Part shown: piece after piece, positions 1-11,100 of the stretch | How positions within the stretch are numbered: position 1 is the stretch's first letter | Layout of the letters: each line of letters begins with the position of its first letter | Assembly (NCBI GenBank): GCA_003614675.1 | Contig: ML002388.1 | Location: forward strand, 1-34,619 | Direction of reading: 5' to 3' | DNA from: Dimargaris cristalligena | Taxonomy: Eukaryota | DNA: 34,619 nucleotides | The notes under the pieces: generated by a model | What the model was told of the DNA's origin: nothing | Database searches by the model: none | Seen by the model: only the letters and a program-made list of their open reading frames with translations | Program-made: the position numbers and the translations under genes

Positions 1-1626
1 GATGTTACGGGGGCTCTGGTTGGTGCCATTATTCCGCTGCGATGAGGTTAATCGAACCCGGTATTCGGGGATTTTCTCAATGTGACGACGCCAGCATCGC
101 TCATACACCTCCGGCTCACTATAAATGAACCCCGGAATCCAAAAGGATACTTGATAGTCCTGAATAGTGTACACTGTTTGGTTACCGGACAGCATCTGGT
201 ATCGGCCACTGTTAGCATCGGGCAGTACAGCCGCAATAATAATACCGAAAAGGGGGCGAGAGGAGTCCGACACGAATAACTCGACTAGATCACCGGGCTG
301 AAGGGGCAGGTTGACCGAAAGCTGAGAGGATTTTCCGGCTTCGACATTGGTATCGATGATGGGAGCAGTATTCCAATGGGGCGAATCGACACTCCCCAAA
401 TGGGCATCGGAATTGATGGCATTCGGCTTATCACCATCCAAGGCATTAGCTTCAACAGCAGTGGTGGTGTCAGACGGATCAATCACCGATGGAAATTTGG
501 TTGACATGGAATGGGAGGTTGAACGAGTGATAAGAGGGTGGTCGGCAGGTAATGGTGTACCCACTACCGTATCGGGAATCTCCTGGCGCCGACAGATGGC
601 CTCCATAGGCGACTGAGCGGGTTGTACCCGAGCGTATAGCTCCGGTGGATAATAGTAGGCATCGTTAAGTCGGAGATGGCCGGCCAACTTAAGGTCGGCG
701 GCCACTTGGGCAGAAGGTGGTTGTCCACCACCTGCCCGAGATTCGGACTCGGAATGGCGAGCCGGTCGGGTGATCTCGTGGCTTCGAGCAACATGAGTCC
801 CGGTAGAAAACGAGCGCTGTGAGCGGTCTCCCGAGGGCCTACTGGGTTTGGTAGCTGTATGTTTAAGAAGATCCTGCATAAGGGGCCACCAGTGATTACT
901 ACCAGCCGCAGCCGACTTGGACTTGGACTGAGGTTTCCGGGGAGGTAGACTCGATGCCTTCTTGGCCCCAGGCAAAGGCGCTGGGTGAGCAGACAACTGA
1001 CCGTAGGGTAGTTCGCTAGGTAAAAGGGGCTTAGTATTGGTCCTTGGTGTCTCCGGGACCACCGCGGCCGGGTCGCCGGAGGGGTTTAAGTCCAACATCG
1101 CGTCGACAGCCCGTCCGAGATTAACGTCGTCATTGGGAGACAATTTATCTATGGGTGCATCGGGTCGTAGTTTCCGCCAAGCCGACGACGAATCAACAAG
1201 ACGGGGTCGATCAACGGGGCCGTGTTGGGCCACGCCCGCTTCTAGGGTATGGATCAATTGCTGAAACCGTTCCAACTGAGCCGGATTGGCCCGAAGATTG
1301 CCTTCTGCCAATGGCTCATCGAACAGTTCCTTTGATACGGTAACATTACTAGCAGGACGACTGATTGAGGAGGCGTGGACGTCCTGGAAATCGAGTAGAT
1401 CGTCCTCGTCAATTAGGGAGACGGTTTTGTCGACAGAGCGCGAGGTGTGTAAAAGTTGCCGAGGAGAATAGAAGGTCGGGACTTGGGCCTCGAGGGCCTG
1501 AAATGACCGAGCGGTACGGGCATGCCCCAGGCAGTAGGGCCTTGAGGAGCGCAGAATGAGCTGTGGGACCTGGAATCTGGAACTGCGGCAGGGGCCCTTT
1601 GGGATTCGAAGTAGCGCGACACCCAT
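1..1626 (-). CDS. 5' part (542 codons, runs off the left edge) of a probable mitochondrial protein; tentatively an RNB-family exoribonuclease of the Dss1/Cyt-4 type
   Basis: ATG at 1626-1624 (caccATGg context). The frame has no stop from 1626 to position 1 (checked by hand). N-terminus MGVALLRIPKGPCRSSRFQVPQLILRSSRPYCLGHARTARSF is Arg/Ser-rich and lacks acidic residues, like a presequence. About 400 aa of low-complexity S/P/T-rich sequence follow, then LQPGDLVELF...FGIIIAAV...VSFWIPGFI, which resembles my recollection of the N-terminal region of fungal Cyt-4/Dss1 proteins. The CDS is well supported; the product name is tentative because no catalytic domain lies in the window. Confidence 0.6.
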   Translation of the reverse strand, partial: MGVALLRIPKGPCRSSRFQVPQLILRSSRPYCLGHARTARSFQALEAQVPTFYSPRQLLHTSRSVDKTVSLIDEDDLLDFQDVHASSISRPASNVTVSKELFDEPLAEGNLRANPAQLERFQQLIHTLEAGVAQHGPVDRPRLVDSSSAWRKLRPDAPIDKLSPNDDVNLGRAVDAMLDLNPSGDPAAVVPETPRTNTKPLLPSELPYGQLSAHPAPLPGAKKASSLPPRKPQSKSKSAAAGSNHWWPLMQDLLKHTATKPSRPSGDRSQRSFSTGTHVARSHEITRPARHSESESRAGGGQPPSAQVAADLKLAGHLRLNDAYYYPPELYARVQPAQSPMEAICRRQEIPDTVVGTPLPADHPLITRSTSHSMSTKFPSVIDPSDTTTAVEANALDGDKPNAINSDAHLGSVDSPHWNTAPIIDTNVEAGKSSQLSVNLPLQPGDLVELFVSDSSRPLFGIIIAAVLPDANSGRYQMLSGNQTVYTIQDYQVSFWIPGFIYSEPEVYERCWRRHIEKIPEYRVRLTSSQRNNGTNQSPRNI

Positions 1627-2770
1627 GGTGCGAAATTGGAGAACTGTAAATAGAGCTTTTCGAAATGTATATGTATAAAAATATAAAAGAAGACGCTGTC
1701 AAATAGCGGGCAGAATGTAGCGACTACCTCTATTGTATGGGGGAAAAGGGCGCATTCAATATACTAGAGCATTGAAAACTTCTGCCCTCTATCCCGTTGG
1801 TTAGCTTTGTAAAGTTACCTTTAGGGATGCGTGACACCAGCAAATAGCAAGCTGGAGGTTTCCTTTTTTTTTCGGGATACTTCTTGGTAGGGTTATCCAT
1901 GTGAGAGAAGTTCAACGGGGCTATATAACGAAAGATCCGTTGGACGAGGCAAAAACGAATAGTTAAAACCGAATTTCCCGTCTAGTTCGTCATACACATA
2001 TCATTTAAAACCGTATACAGCCGGGCCGAAATTCACCCATGTGGTTCCGCTCTGTAGAACGTGCGGCGCATGTTCATTTCGAGTGACTAGTGTCTGAATC
2101 GCTCAGGACTGGACCTCCTTCTACCACATGGTGTTGAACCCTCAAATCCGGTTTTTATCCGATACAGAGTCATCTTAGCCGTGGTTTTCCAGGCCATGAC
2201 TTGTTGGTCCCTAAGCCAAGGTTTTACCTTTTTGTTGTGCCGAACTTGTCTGGTCTCCGCCTCAGTATTACGCCACTTAGTAGCCACCCATTGGCCATTG
2301 CTACAATGTGATGCACCCATTATCGATGAGATTTTCGCCTGTGGCTATACAACTCATAGCCTAGTAGTCAAATGAACTATAGTATTTGCGCCCTGGTAGT
2401 ATTATATCTCCCACTTATATCCCTCGGTGGCCACTTTGGGGAGATGCCGTATTAATTAATCAGTTCAAATAACCAATACCAAAAAATATGTATACTAGCA
2501 ATACCCGGACCAGTTCCCTGATTTCTGACTCCATAATGACGGGTATACTAAGTCGCTTCTTTTATTACACATGTATTGATTTGTACCTTTTAAGATGAAA
2601 AAGCGACAAAATAAACGGATGGACCGTGGTAAGGGGGTTCGCAGATATTACTAGGTTGGGGAACATTTTATCCACCGGAATTGTAAATCCAATGAACAAG
2701 TGATGTATTGTAGAATACAACTAAATAATACACTGGACCAGAGTTATTGAGATCCGATTGCGGCATTTAT

Positions 2771-3922
2771 TTAGTGGAGGTTAGAGTTGATTGCATCCAC
2801 AAGCTCGTTATCAAAATCGGCATTGATTTCCCAAATCATAGCACCACCCAGGCCAAACCGATTGATATGCTCGCACTTGTGCATGATACTTTCGGGGTCG
2901 TCGTAAGTAATAAAAACGCGCGTGGCAGGGTCATACAGCGAAACGGACTTGGAGTACTCGTCCCAGAACCGCTGGAAGCTAGACTCGTTGGTCAAGTGAC
3001 GGGTACGCAGATGGCGGTAGTCAAACACGCCTTCCTCCCAGGTACCAGGGGGAATTCCCTGGAAGGGAACGAAAAGGCCGCTGGGGTTGTCCGATCCAGC
3101 GCACACATTGGCAAACCCACGCCCGTAGAATCCGATGCCAAGGACAATCTTATGGGGTGGTACGCCGGCGGCCAGGTACTCGTTGATGGAGGTCCAAATA
3201 CTGACGCTAGGGTCATTGGCGGCGGGAGTCAGGCACGAGTGGGGCCCAGTATATTTCGACCAACTACCTTTAAAGTCGTAGGCCATGACATTGATAAAAT
3301 CGACGCACTGGCTTATTTCTTGGAACCGGTAATGGCGGTAAGTATTGGGGCTGGCGGAGGTAGCGGTGGTAAGAAGGTATGGGTCGCAGCGGTCGGCACC
3401 GGCGGCATCCAGCTCATTGCGCAGGCTCTGTAACAACGCGACGAAATCCCAGGCCTCCTGGGGCCGAGGGCCTTCCCCGGCCATGCCCCCCACCACGGGG
3501 AACTCCCAATCGATGTCAACACCATCGAAGTTGTACCGGCGGACAAAGTGGGCCACGGAACAGGCAAAGCGATGGCGGGATTCTTCGCAGGAGGCTACGG
3601 AAGCGAACTCGCTGGACAAAGTCCATCCACCAATGGCAATGAGAACTTTGATGTTGGGATTACGGGTGCGAATGGGGCCCTGTGGATTGGTCAAAATGTT
3701 GATATTGCCTGCGAAACCCTGCCCACAGTCCTCATTGCCCGGGTGCTGTATTTCCACATCAGCCCAGGGGTCCACAAGGGCAATTTCGCCGTTCTCAATT
3801 TTGGCGAAGGCGTAGTTGATGTGCGTTAGCTCCTCGGCGGGGAGGTCTTCGGGGGTGTAGCCGCGGGCATAGATACTCCAGCTGTTGAAGTAGGCGACGA
3901 CCTTCTTATCGTGGTGAGGCAT
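2771..3922 (-). CDS. Glycoside hydrolase family 18 chitinase, 383 aa, intronless, no signal peptide
   Basis: Catalytic motif FDGVDIDWEFP (DxDxE), KVLIAIGGW, THINYAFA, DFINVMAYD, KIVLGIGFYGR, FITYDD and GLGGAMIWE are all canonical GH18 motifs. Single uninterrupted ORF. Confidence 0.96.
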   Translation of the reverse strand: MPHHDKKVVAYFNSWSIYARGYTPEDLPAEELTHINYAFAKIENGEIALVDPWADVEIQHPGNEDCGQGFAGNINILTNPQGPIRTRNPNIKVLIAIGGWTLSSEFASVASCEESRHRFACSVAHFVRRYNFDGVDIDWEFPVVGGMAGEGPRPQEAWDFVALLQSLRNELDAAGADRCDPYLLTTATSASPNTYRHYRFQEISQCVDFINVMAYDFKGSWSKYTGPHSCLTPAANDPSVSIWTSINEYLAAGVPPHKIVLGIGFYGRGFANVCAGSDNPSGLFVPFQGIPPGTWEEGVFDYRHLRTRHLTNESSFQRFWDEYSKSVSLYDPATRVFITYDDPESIMHKCEHINRFGLGGAMIWEINADFDNELVDAINSNLH

Positions 3923-5434
3923 AATGATGGTATATTTGGAAAGCGGGGGAGGGTAGGGATAGAGCTATACAGGATAGGCCAAAACGAGGCAAAAAAAATG
4001 ACAATATGTGGGTTAAAGGGTAAAAAGACGAGAGCCAGATAATATGTCGGTGCGAACGAGGAATAGTGTAGGACTTAAATACCCGGGGGGTGACGGGGAA
4101 GACGGAGTCTTTGATGCTGAGACTAAGGGCTGGTGATCTATCAGCCATTGTTGGCCAGTCCATTCCCACTGTGGAAACGGTGTGTGCGTCTGCGCTTAAG
4201 TGGACTTGGCATTCCCAGCCGCCATTCCAGCATTCCTCGTCTCCAGCCCAGGGAAACGTCATCTGCCTCGAATCATGAACCGATATCCCTCAAAAGCAGC
4301 CAAAGTGGGTTCAGTCACGTGGTTCCGTGAAGCGAGGCGGCATCCACGGTTGGGAAATTCCTCCGAATAAACCACCACCAGTAGTACCTCCGCTGCAAGG
4401 ATTAGGCCGATTGGGAAAGATGAATCTACAATCACAAGGAATTTGAGTGGCATCATAATAAATACCGTTGCCACCGTAATAACAGTACCGCAAACGCCCT
4501 ATGTAATAGTGGTGACTAACCGAACATTAAGAGCTGTCCCAGAAGAGTATATAAGTATGAAGGTTATGCAAGTACATCTCGCAAAATGGAATGTTCCATC
4601 AATATGATGCCAAGGTTCTAGATACCACTCAGACTGGCGGATTGTTGGTGATACCCGCATAGTGTTTTATGCTTGGAATGAGGGACTGGAGGTTGGAGTT
4701 GGGGAGGCACGGTGTCCCTCAATTGGCGGATATTTTCAGTACTGAATGTGCTAGCAATGAATGGGCCCCAGGAAAAATATCCCGATAATACTTCCTATGG
4801 CATTTTTCTATTTCGAAACACCAAAAATGCTCTCACTGGCTATGCCATTCCATACCCAAGTATTAAAGTGGGTATCTGGACGGAGGTGCTTAAGCAGCGA
4901 GAAAAAGTCGGGGATAAAAGCGTGATTGGAAATGGTCCAATAGACTATAAGTAATAGTGCCCAGAATATACGCATGGGGGATAATAGAAACGACTGTCTA
5001 TGATTTTAAATGAAATGTGCGTGGTTAAATAAGCGGTAGATATTTCTTTACCTAGTAATATATGCCTTATCAGTCTGTTATTTCGTCATATAGCTGAATT
5101 AAATCTCTCGTATATATTGGTTTACGTAGTAAATCCCGAGAACCTCGGGGGCATCGTTTGTTTACTTAAACCAGCGCACAAGAAGATCGGGCCAAAATGA
5201 CATCAGCTAGTCAGCATAGCTGGAGTATATGAACTACAAGCCATTCTAATTGGACCGGCTATATATAAGGATGCAAGGTACTTTAATAGCAAGTATGATA
5301 AACTCTAACACGCTTCTCGAAATCATGTACTGGTCAGTATCCAACATTTATTTTGAGGCTTTTAATTGCGGTATGATCTGAGTGGGCCCAATGGAATAGC
5401 CACCAATATGAAAGTAAATAATGATGAAAGACGG

Positions 5435-7356
5435 CTATAAGAAGAAGCGTCGTCGCGTAGTCTCCATTTCGGACTATTACAGGTGCACAAGTTAGACATA
5501 ATTATAAACAAGGTTCAGCGTTAGTCATGGGGTCGGAAATACAATTATAGGTTTTTCACCAAGCACAAAAAGTGCCACGTATATCCCACCATTTCGCCGA
5601 AAATAAAATACCATGAATGAAATTGTCCCAAAAACTTACCTTAAAGACCCATTCGTACTCCCCGTGCGTGGGGTCGTACGGGCCCTTCTGCAGCCACTTC
5701 AGTTTAAGCGTGAAGCGAGGCCCCAATTCTTGTAACGAGGTCTTATCTTCGCTTTGGAACTCATACCGGTGACGGCGGAAGAAAATAAAGTCGCGTTGGT
5801 TATGGAACGTGGCGACCTGGCGACCCCGGAACTGCGGGGTCTGCGGGAATAGAGCGGCGAAGAACCGGCCGACGGTTTGGCCCAATCGAGTATTGAAGTT
5901 GTTGAGAATCAGTTCGGGGAAATGGGGGGTAACGTGGTCTTTGCCCAGGATTTCGGACATGGATACAATGCCAGACAGTTTAAAGTGTGCCGTAGGACCT
6001 TCGGGGAGGTGAATGATTGTCATGGAGTCTGTCCGATATAGAAAAAAAAAGTGGAAGTAAAGTGTGGGGAGATAATTAGTATACGTTACGAGTGGCTTGT
6101 TCAAAGTGCGGAGAGGGGGTGGGGGCGAACGTAAAAGCATGATCGCACACGGACCATTATCGAATAATGGGTAGCGGGCGGTAGGGAGGAATGCTAGAGT
6201 TGTACGGGTAATGATATAGTAGAAAGGTGTTAGGTATAACTTACGGAGAGTTTTAAGGTCTTCGTGAATAACAATAACGTCAGTGAAGTCACGGTTGTTG
6301 CAGTAGCTCACAATCTGGTCAATAGTGTAGCCCTTGGCACGCTTGATAAAGGTCGAGTTGGGGAAGAGGGTGGCTAAATCCCCACCGAAAGATTCCGAAA
6401 TCTAACGTGGTTAAATAAGTAATGGAGTAGTCAACGGGCGGATACATTAGACCATAGTGTACGGTATTCCCCAAATGGAATCGAGTAGGATGACATGTAT
6501 GGAATAAGTCGAAAGTAAATAGCATATCCGGTGAAATGTCATTGGGGTTATAATAAGTTCACGAACAAATTGTATGGACTAGTCAAAGCGAATTAAAGGA
6601 ATGGCTTAGATTCTAAGAATATTTAAATAGTAAGGGTGGGTTACACCACTGGCAGTAATACTTACCTTGGTGGATTTAGTTGATGTGGTAATAAGCACTT
6701 TGGGTACCCGTCCGTTAAAATAGGGGGCAAACTCATCCTGTTCTTGGTCTTCCTCCACCTACAGCCAGATATGCAGTATTCAAATAGAAAATACGCGGGG
6801 ATTTAGTATAGTCGATAAGGGTAGCTCCGAAGTATATAGATGTGAAAGGGATGGCTGTGGAGCATATCGATGTTATAAATAAATGTTGGACCTACCTCTT
6901 CGTCATTGTCGTCAACAATTGTATCGTCGTGTTCGCGGGTACTGTCAATGGTCTTGGACACATTTTTGGCTAACCGTTCCTATCAGAGCGGAGGTGGGTA
7001 GTTTTTAGAATGGGTTTTAAATAGAAAGGATGTTAAATAAGGTTATGGCCATGGTCGAGCAGCAGTCGAGGATTTAATAATGATTATAGTGCCCATATAA
7101 AGTGGATTGGTATAGGCCTTTCCTGCCATTTAATCGTTCCTGTAAGGCATAGGTTAGGAGATATTGGTAACCCAAAACTTACTTCTTTCTTGGAGGGGTC
7201 CAGTTTTTCGGCCTTCTGCTGGGCCCGGCGAATAGCGGACTTGCGTTTGGCTTTTTCGTGGCGATATTTCCTATAGACGTCCTCGCGCATGGCCCGGTTC
7301 TTGATGGCATTGAACTGGGGCCGAGGAACCTCGGGAGTTTCAGGTTGGTCTGACAT
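5435..7356 (-). CDS. RPF1: Ribosome production factor 1 (Brix/Imp4 domain, 60S biogenesis), about 311 aa, 6 exons
   Basis: Exons 7356-7183, 6979-6896, 6758-6666, 6401-6245, 6028-5640 and 5473-5435 join in frame across GT-AG introns. Motifs: [69 protein letters not shown], and the C-terminus [12 protein letters not shown]. Confidence 0.93.
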
Positions 7357-7885
7357 ACTGTTAACTACGGGGTTAATTTGAGCTCACTTGGGAAATGGAA
7401 AAACGGTCGATAAAAACGAGGGAAAGTTGTTCAAAGGTTGAGCAAGACGACAATGGCTTCGAATTCGCTGCAAAAGTATAACCTGTCCTTTCAAATTTCA
7501 CACACCCATTGACTTGAGCATCCTCAGGTTGAGCATTGCCACAGTGGCCCCGCGATTCCTTGAAGCGTCAGCAGCAACAACTTGTTTATTGTACAGCAGG
7601 ACTATAATTAGTTGCGAAAAAAAATAAAGGAGAGGCATAGAATGATAGAGACATAGATATCACGTGGGTAATAGTAATAAGCATTCACCTGAACTTAAGT
7701 ACCACCATGGGTGAATCCGATGGCCACATTCCACCCTATGTTTATGTGGGGGGGGGGGCTCTCTCTCTGAGAAGGTGGGAAAGTCCCACTCACTATTAAA
7801 AGCCAGTTGTTTATCCGCTGCGGCTGAAGGGCTAGTAGAATAACACACATAATGCCTTCCACCCAATGCATTGTCATTGCAATCA

Positions 7886-8015
7886 ACGCGCGTGTCTACC
7901 CATAGCGAATGGTGCATGGGCTCTTGTTTACACCAACACTGTCTCTTGTCTTTTGCCTACTTTACTTTGGCTTTTCTATTTCTCCTCCTACGCGTCACTT
8001 GCCGCAACCCTCGCG
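7886..8015 (+). promoter_or_regulatory. MCB-like (CGCG-core) elements upstream of PDS5
   Basis: ACGCGCGT at 7886-7893, ACGCGT at 7990-7995 and CGCG at 8012-8015, 140-270 nt before the PDS5 ATG. Yeast PDS5 is a G1/S MBF-type gene. Confidence 0.4.
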
Positions 8016-8156
8016 CACTTACAAGCAACAAACCAAAACCATTTGGTCCCTGTAAGAGACCCCCCCCCAACGGTGGCACATACCCCGATTTAATCCCTTC
8101 TCTAACATAATATATACTTATTGGTTTTGGCCAACCGAACTGTACCTTCTATTACC

Positions 8157-11100
8157 ATGGCGACACTCGACCGTTTACGTTTTCGCCAGAAACTGGTGTT
8201 CGAGGGCACCAAAACCATTGCCCCCGCTGAGTTAATGAAGCGACTCAAGGTAGGTCGGGGCTGAAAGCCGTGGCACCGTACTGTTTGCCATAGCCGGCAC
8301 GCCCACAAGCGGACAAACTGTGTATCATTTCCGACTAACTCCTGGGTGATAAGCATATGGGTGTCTTGGCCGGCACCTCTAGGCATGTTGGATTAAACTT
8401 ACTCAATCAAATACTACCGCGTGTTATCGAGTCTTATTATATTATATTGGACTTCTCACTTACCTCCAACATCCCATAAATCTTTACTATACATGTAAAC
8501 CATGGCCACACCGCCCTGTACCCTTTCTAGACTTTGCACGCCGAACTGGCTGAAATGGACCAAGAGAAGGTCGATGTTCGTAGCCTTGACAGCGTGACCC
8601 GCAGTCTAATCTCGTCCACTCTACTCGAACACAAAGACAACGGGGTCCAAATCCATACGGCTTGCTGTCTCGCCGATATCATGCGGCTATACGCCCCCGA
8701 AGCGCCCTACGACGAAGAAGAGCTACGCACCATTTTCGAATTCTTTCTAAGCCAATTGGCCCACCTCGCCCAGAGTAACAGCGACTATTTCCAACTCTAC
8801 TTCTACCTCCTCGAGAGCCTCTCCAACGTCAAGAGCGTCGTTTTAGTTGTGGATCTAAACCACCCCGAGCAGCTGGTCACCGAATTCTTCCGGCTCTTTT
8901 TCGATATCATTCGACCGGACCAGTCCCGGAATCTCCAGCTCTACATGGTGGATGTCCTCCATCAATTAGTTGAAGAAACCCCCACCGTTCCCCAAGAGGT
9001 GGTGGATATCATCTTGGCCCAATTTCTCAAAAAGCGCCAGACCGCTAATCCGACGGCCTACCAGCTGGCCTGTGATTTATGTAACGCCGCCACTGATCGG
9101 CTCCAAAAGTACATTTGCCAATACTTTACCGATGTGATTGTGAATGCGGGCAAGGCGAGTTCAGGTTCGACCAGCGGAAGTTCGGGCGACCCCCATTTTA
9201 CCGCTGACCAGCTTTCGGAGTTCAAAACCGCCCATTACCTCATCAAAGAACTCAATCGGGCCTGCCCGGGCCTGCTTCTTAATGTGATTCCCCAGCTGGA
9301 AGAGGAGTTGACCCTGGATGCCGTCCAGCTCCGCACGCTCGCCACCAGTGTGTTGGGCGATATGATCGCTGAGCGGGGCCACGCGCTGGTTCGCCGGTAT
9401 CCGACCGCCTGGAAGGCCTGGATCCAGCGCAAGGCGGACAAAAACCACGCCGTACGGGCCCTCTGGGTCGAGTTGGCCATCCATCTCTACCGCGCCCAAC
9501 CCCAGCTGGGTCGCGAGTTGAATGAAGCCATCCACGCCAAGGTGACCGACCCGGACGAAAAGGTCCGCCTGGCGGTGGCCCGGGGCCTGGCCCAGCTCGA
9601 CCTCGATACCCTCACGTACTCCCCCCTCGACCCGGAAATTCTCGTGCAATTGGGCCACCGGTGCCGGGATAAGAAAAGCAGTCCCCGCCAGGAAGCTATC
9701 AAGGCCCTGTCCCATATTTTCGACCTGGCCTACCCCAGCTTGGAAACCCGGGACCCTATCGCCGTGGCCCGATTCGGCTGGATTCCCTCCGTCTTGTTCA
9801 ATACCTTCTACGCTAACGATCTCGACACGTTGGTCATGGTGGAACGGGCGCTCACCGAAACGGTTTTTCAGCCGTCGGCTACGTTGACCGATGAACAGCG
9901 TACCCGCCGTCTCCTTATTGTGGTGGCTCTCTTGGATGACCGTGCACGCAAAGCATTCATGGGATTCCTAAACCGGCAACTGAACACGAGTCGGGAAATG
10001 AACCTCTTCCTGGACCTGTGTGAAAAGTATAATGCGGCGGAGGACCCCCAAGGCGCGGACGGACAGGGGGTTCTCAATAATCTCAATTATGTGATTAGAC
10101 TTATCACTAGCAAGTTGCCCGACGCAAGGAAACACGCCGATCACCTCTTAAGTTTCGCCAAAATGCATGACGTGCGGCTTCACAAAATGATCCGCGATGC
10201 CATGTCGCCCCAACTAGGCCATAAGGCTATTCGCAAGTCCCAGCGGGAGGCTGTGAAACGGTTGGAAAGCCTGTCGCCGACCTTGGCGGATACGTTTACA
10301 ATATTGATACGACGCGTCTCGTTGACAGTGGTGAACCGATCCACTATTAGTCCCTTGGTGGCAATGATTCAACAGGCTGACGTCGAACCGGAGGAATCCG
10401 CCCCAACACCTACTCTACCGGAGTCCGAGAGTAGTCTATTGGGCATGGCCGGACAAGTATCCGCCTCCCAAGCCTCGGCCATGGGCTCCCTGTCACGAAT
10501 GGCCTCGCAACTTGCCAGTACAGCCGAAACGGCTGGAACGGGCGCCGCTGGGTCCGATACGGCCTCGGCCGCTCAATGGACCCCCGCTAAACTGGCCGAA
10601 ACCGCCCATATTCTACTTAAGCACATCGCCACGGTGTTCCCCGAAATGTACAAGAGCCATGTTACCGAACTTTTCGCCCTCGTGCGCAATGACTCCGCGA
10701 CCGCGGGTGATGATGATACGGAACAGGGACAAACGGCGAGCCTGAAAACCGTGGCAGATTTTGCCAAGGCCTTCCCTACCGAAGTGCCAACGGACCGGGC
10801 CATTATCCAGCGACTGGTCCAGATTGCCCTTTCGGACTCCGTAGCCCCCGTTGCGGCCAAGTACGCGGCATCCGTCCTGGCCCATGCCGACTCGCCGGCG
10901 GCCACGGCCGCGGTGACCCAAATCCTAGACCAACTGGTTCCAAATTTAGCGCCGATTGGCTCTGATGCGGACGCCGAAGTGCTACGCCCTTGTTGGGCCC
11001 ATCTTAAGGTTTTGGGTCAGTTCGCTTTATTCCGCTCGGGACAGTTTGCCCCTTACACCGACCGCGTCGTCTCTTTTGTGCAACAGAACTTCCTCCGGGC

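Noticed and set aside
2332..2340. PAC-like GATGAG motifs near 2325-2330 and 25483-25490
   Set aside because: Not positioned upstream of the ribosome-biogenesis gene; likely chance.
2747..3433. 228-aa plus-strand ORF and other ORFs overlapping the chitinase
   Set aside because: Antisense shadows of a codon-biased gene; no motifs.
5556..6311. 251-aa ORF read as a single protein
   Set aside because: It reads through RPF1 intron 4 (216 nt, stop-free) and into intron 5; the spliced model restores a normal Brix domain.
6657..6668. ATACTTACC resembling the U1 snRNA 5' end
   Set aside because: It is the reverse complement of an RPF1 splice donor; no U1 body follows.
7683..7790. Short inverted repeats (ATTCACC/GGTGAAT, GTGGGA/TCCCAC) and a G run in the RPF1-PDS5 intergenic region
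   Set aside because: Stems of 6-7 bp are expected by chance; no tRNA, snRNA or snoRNA boxes recognised.
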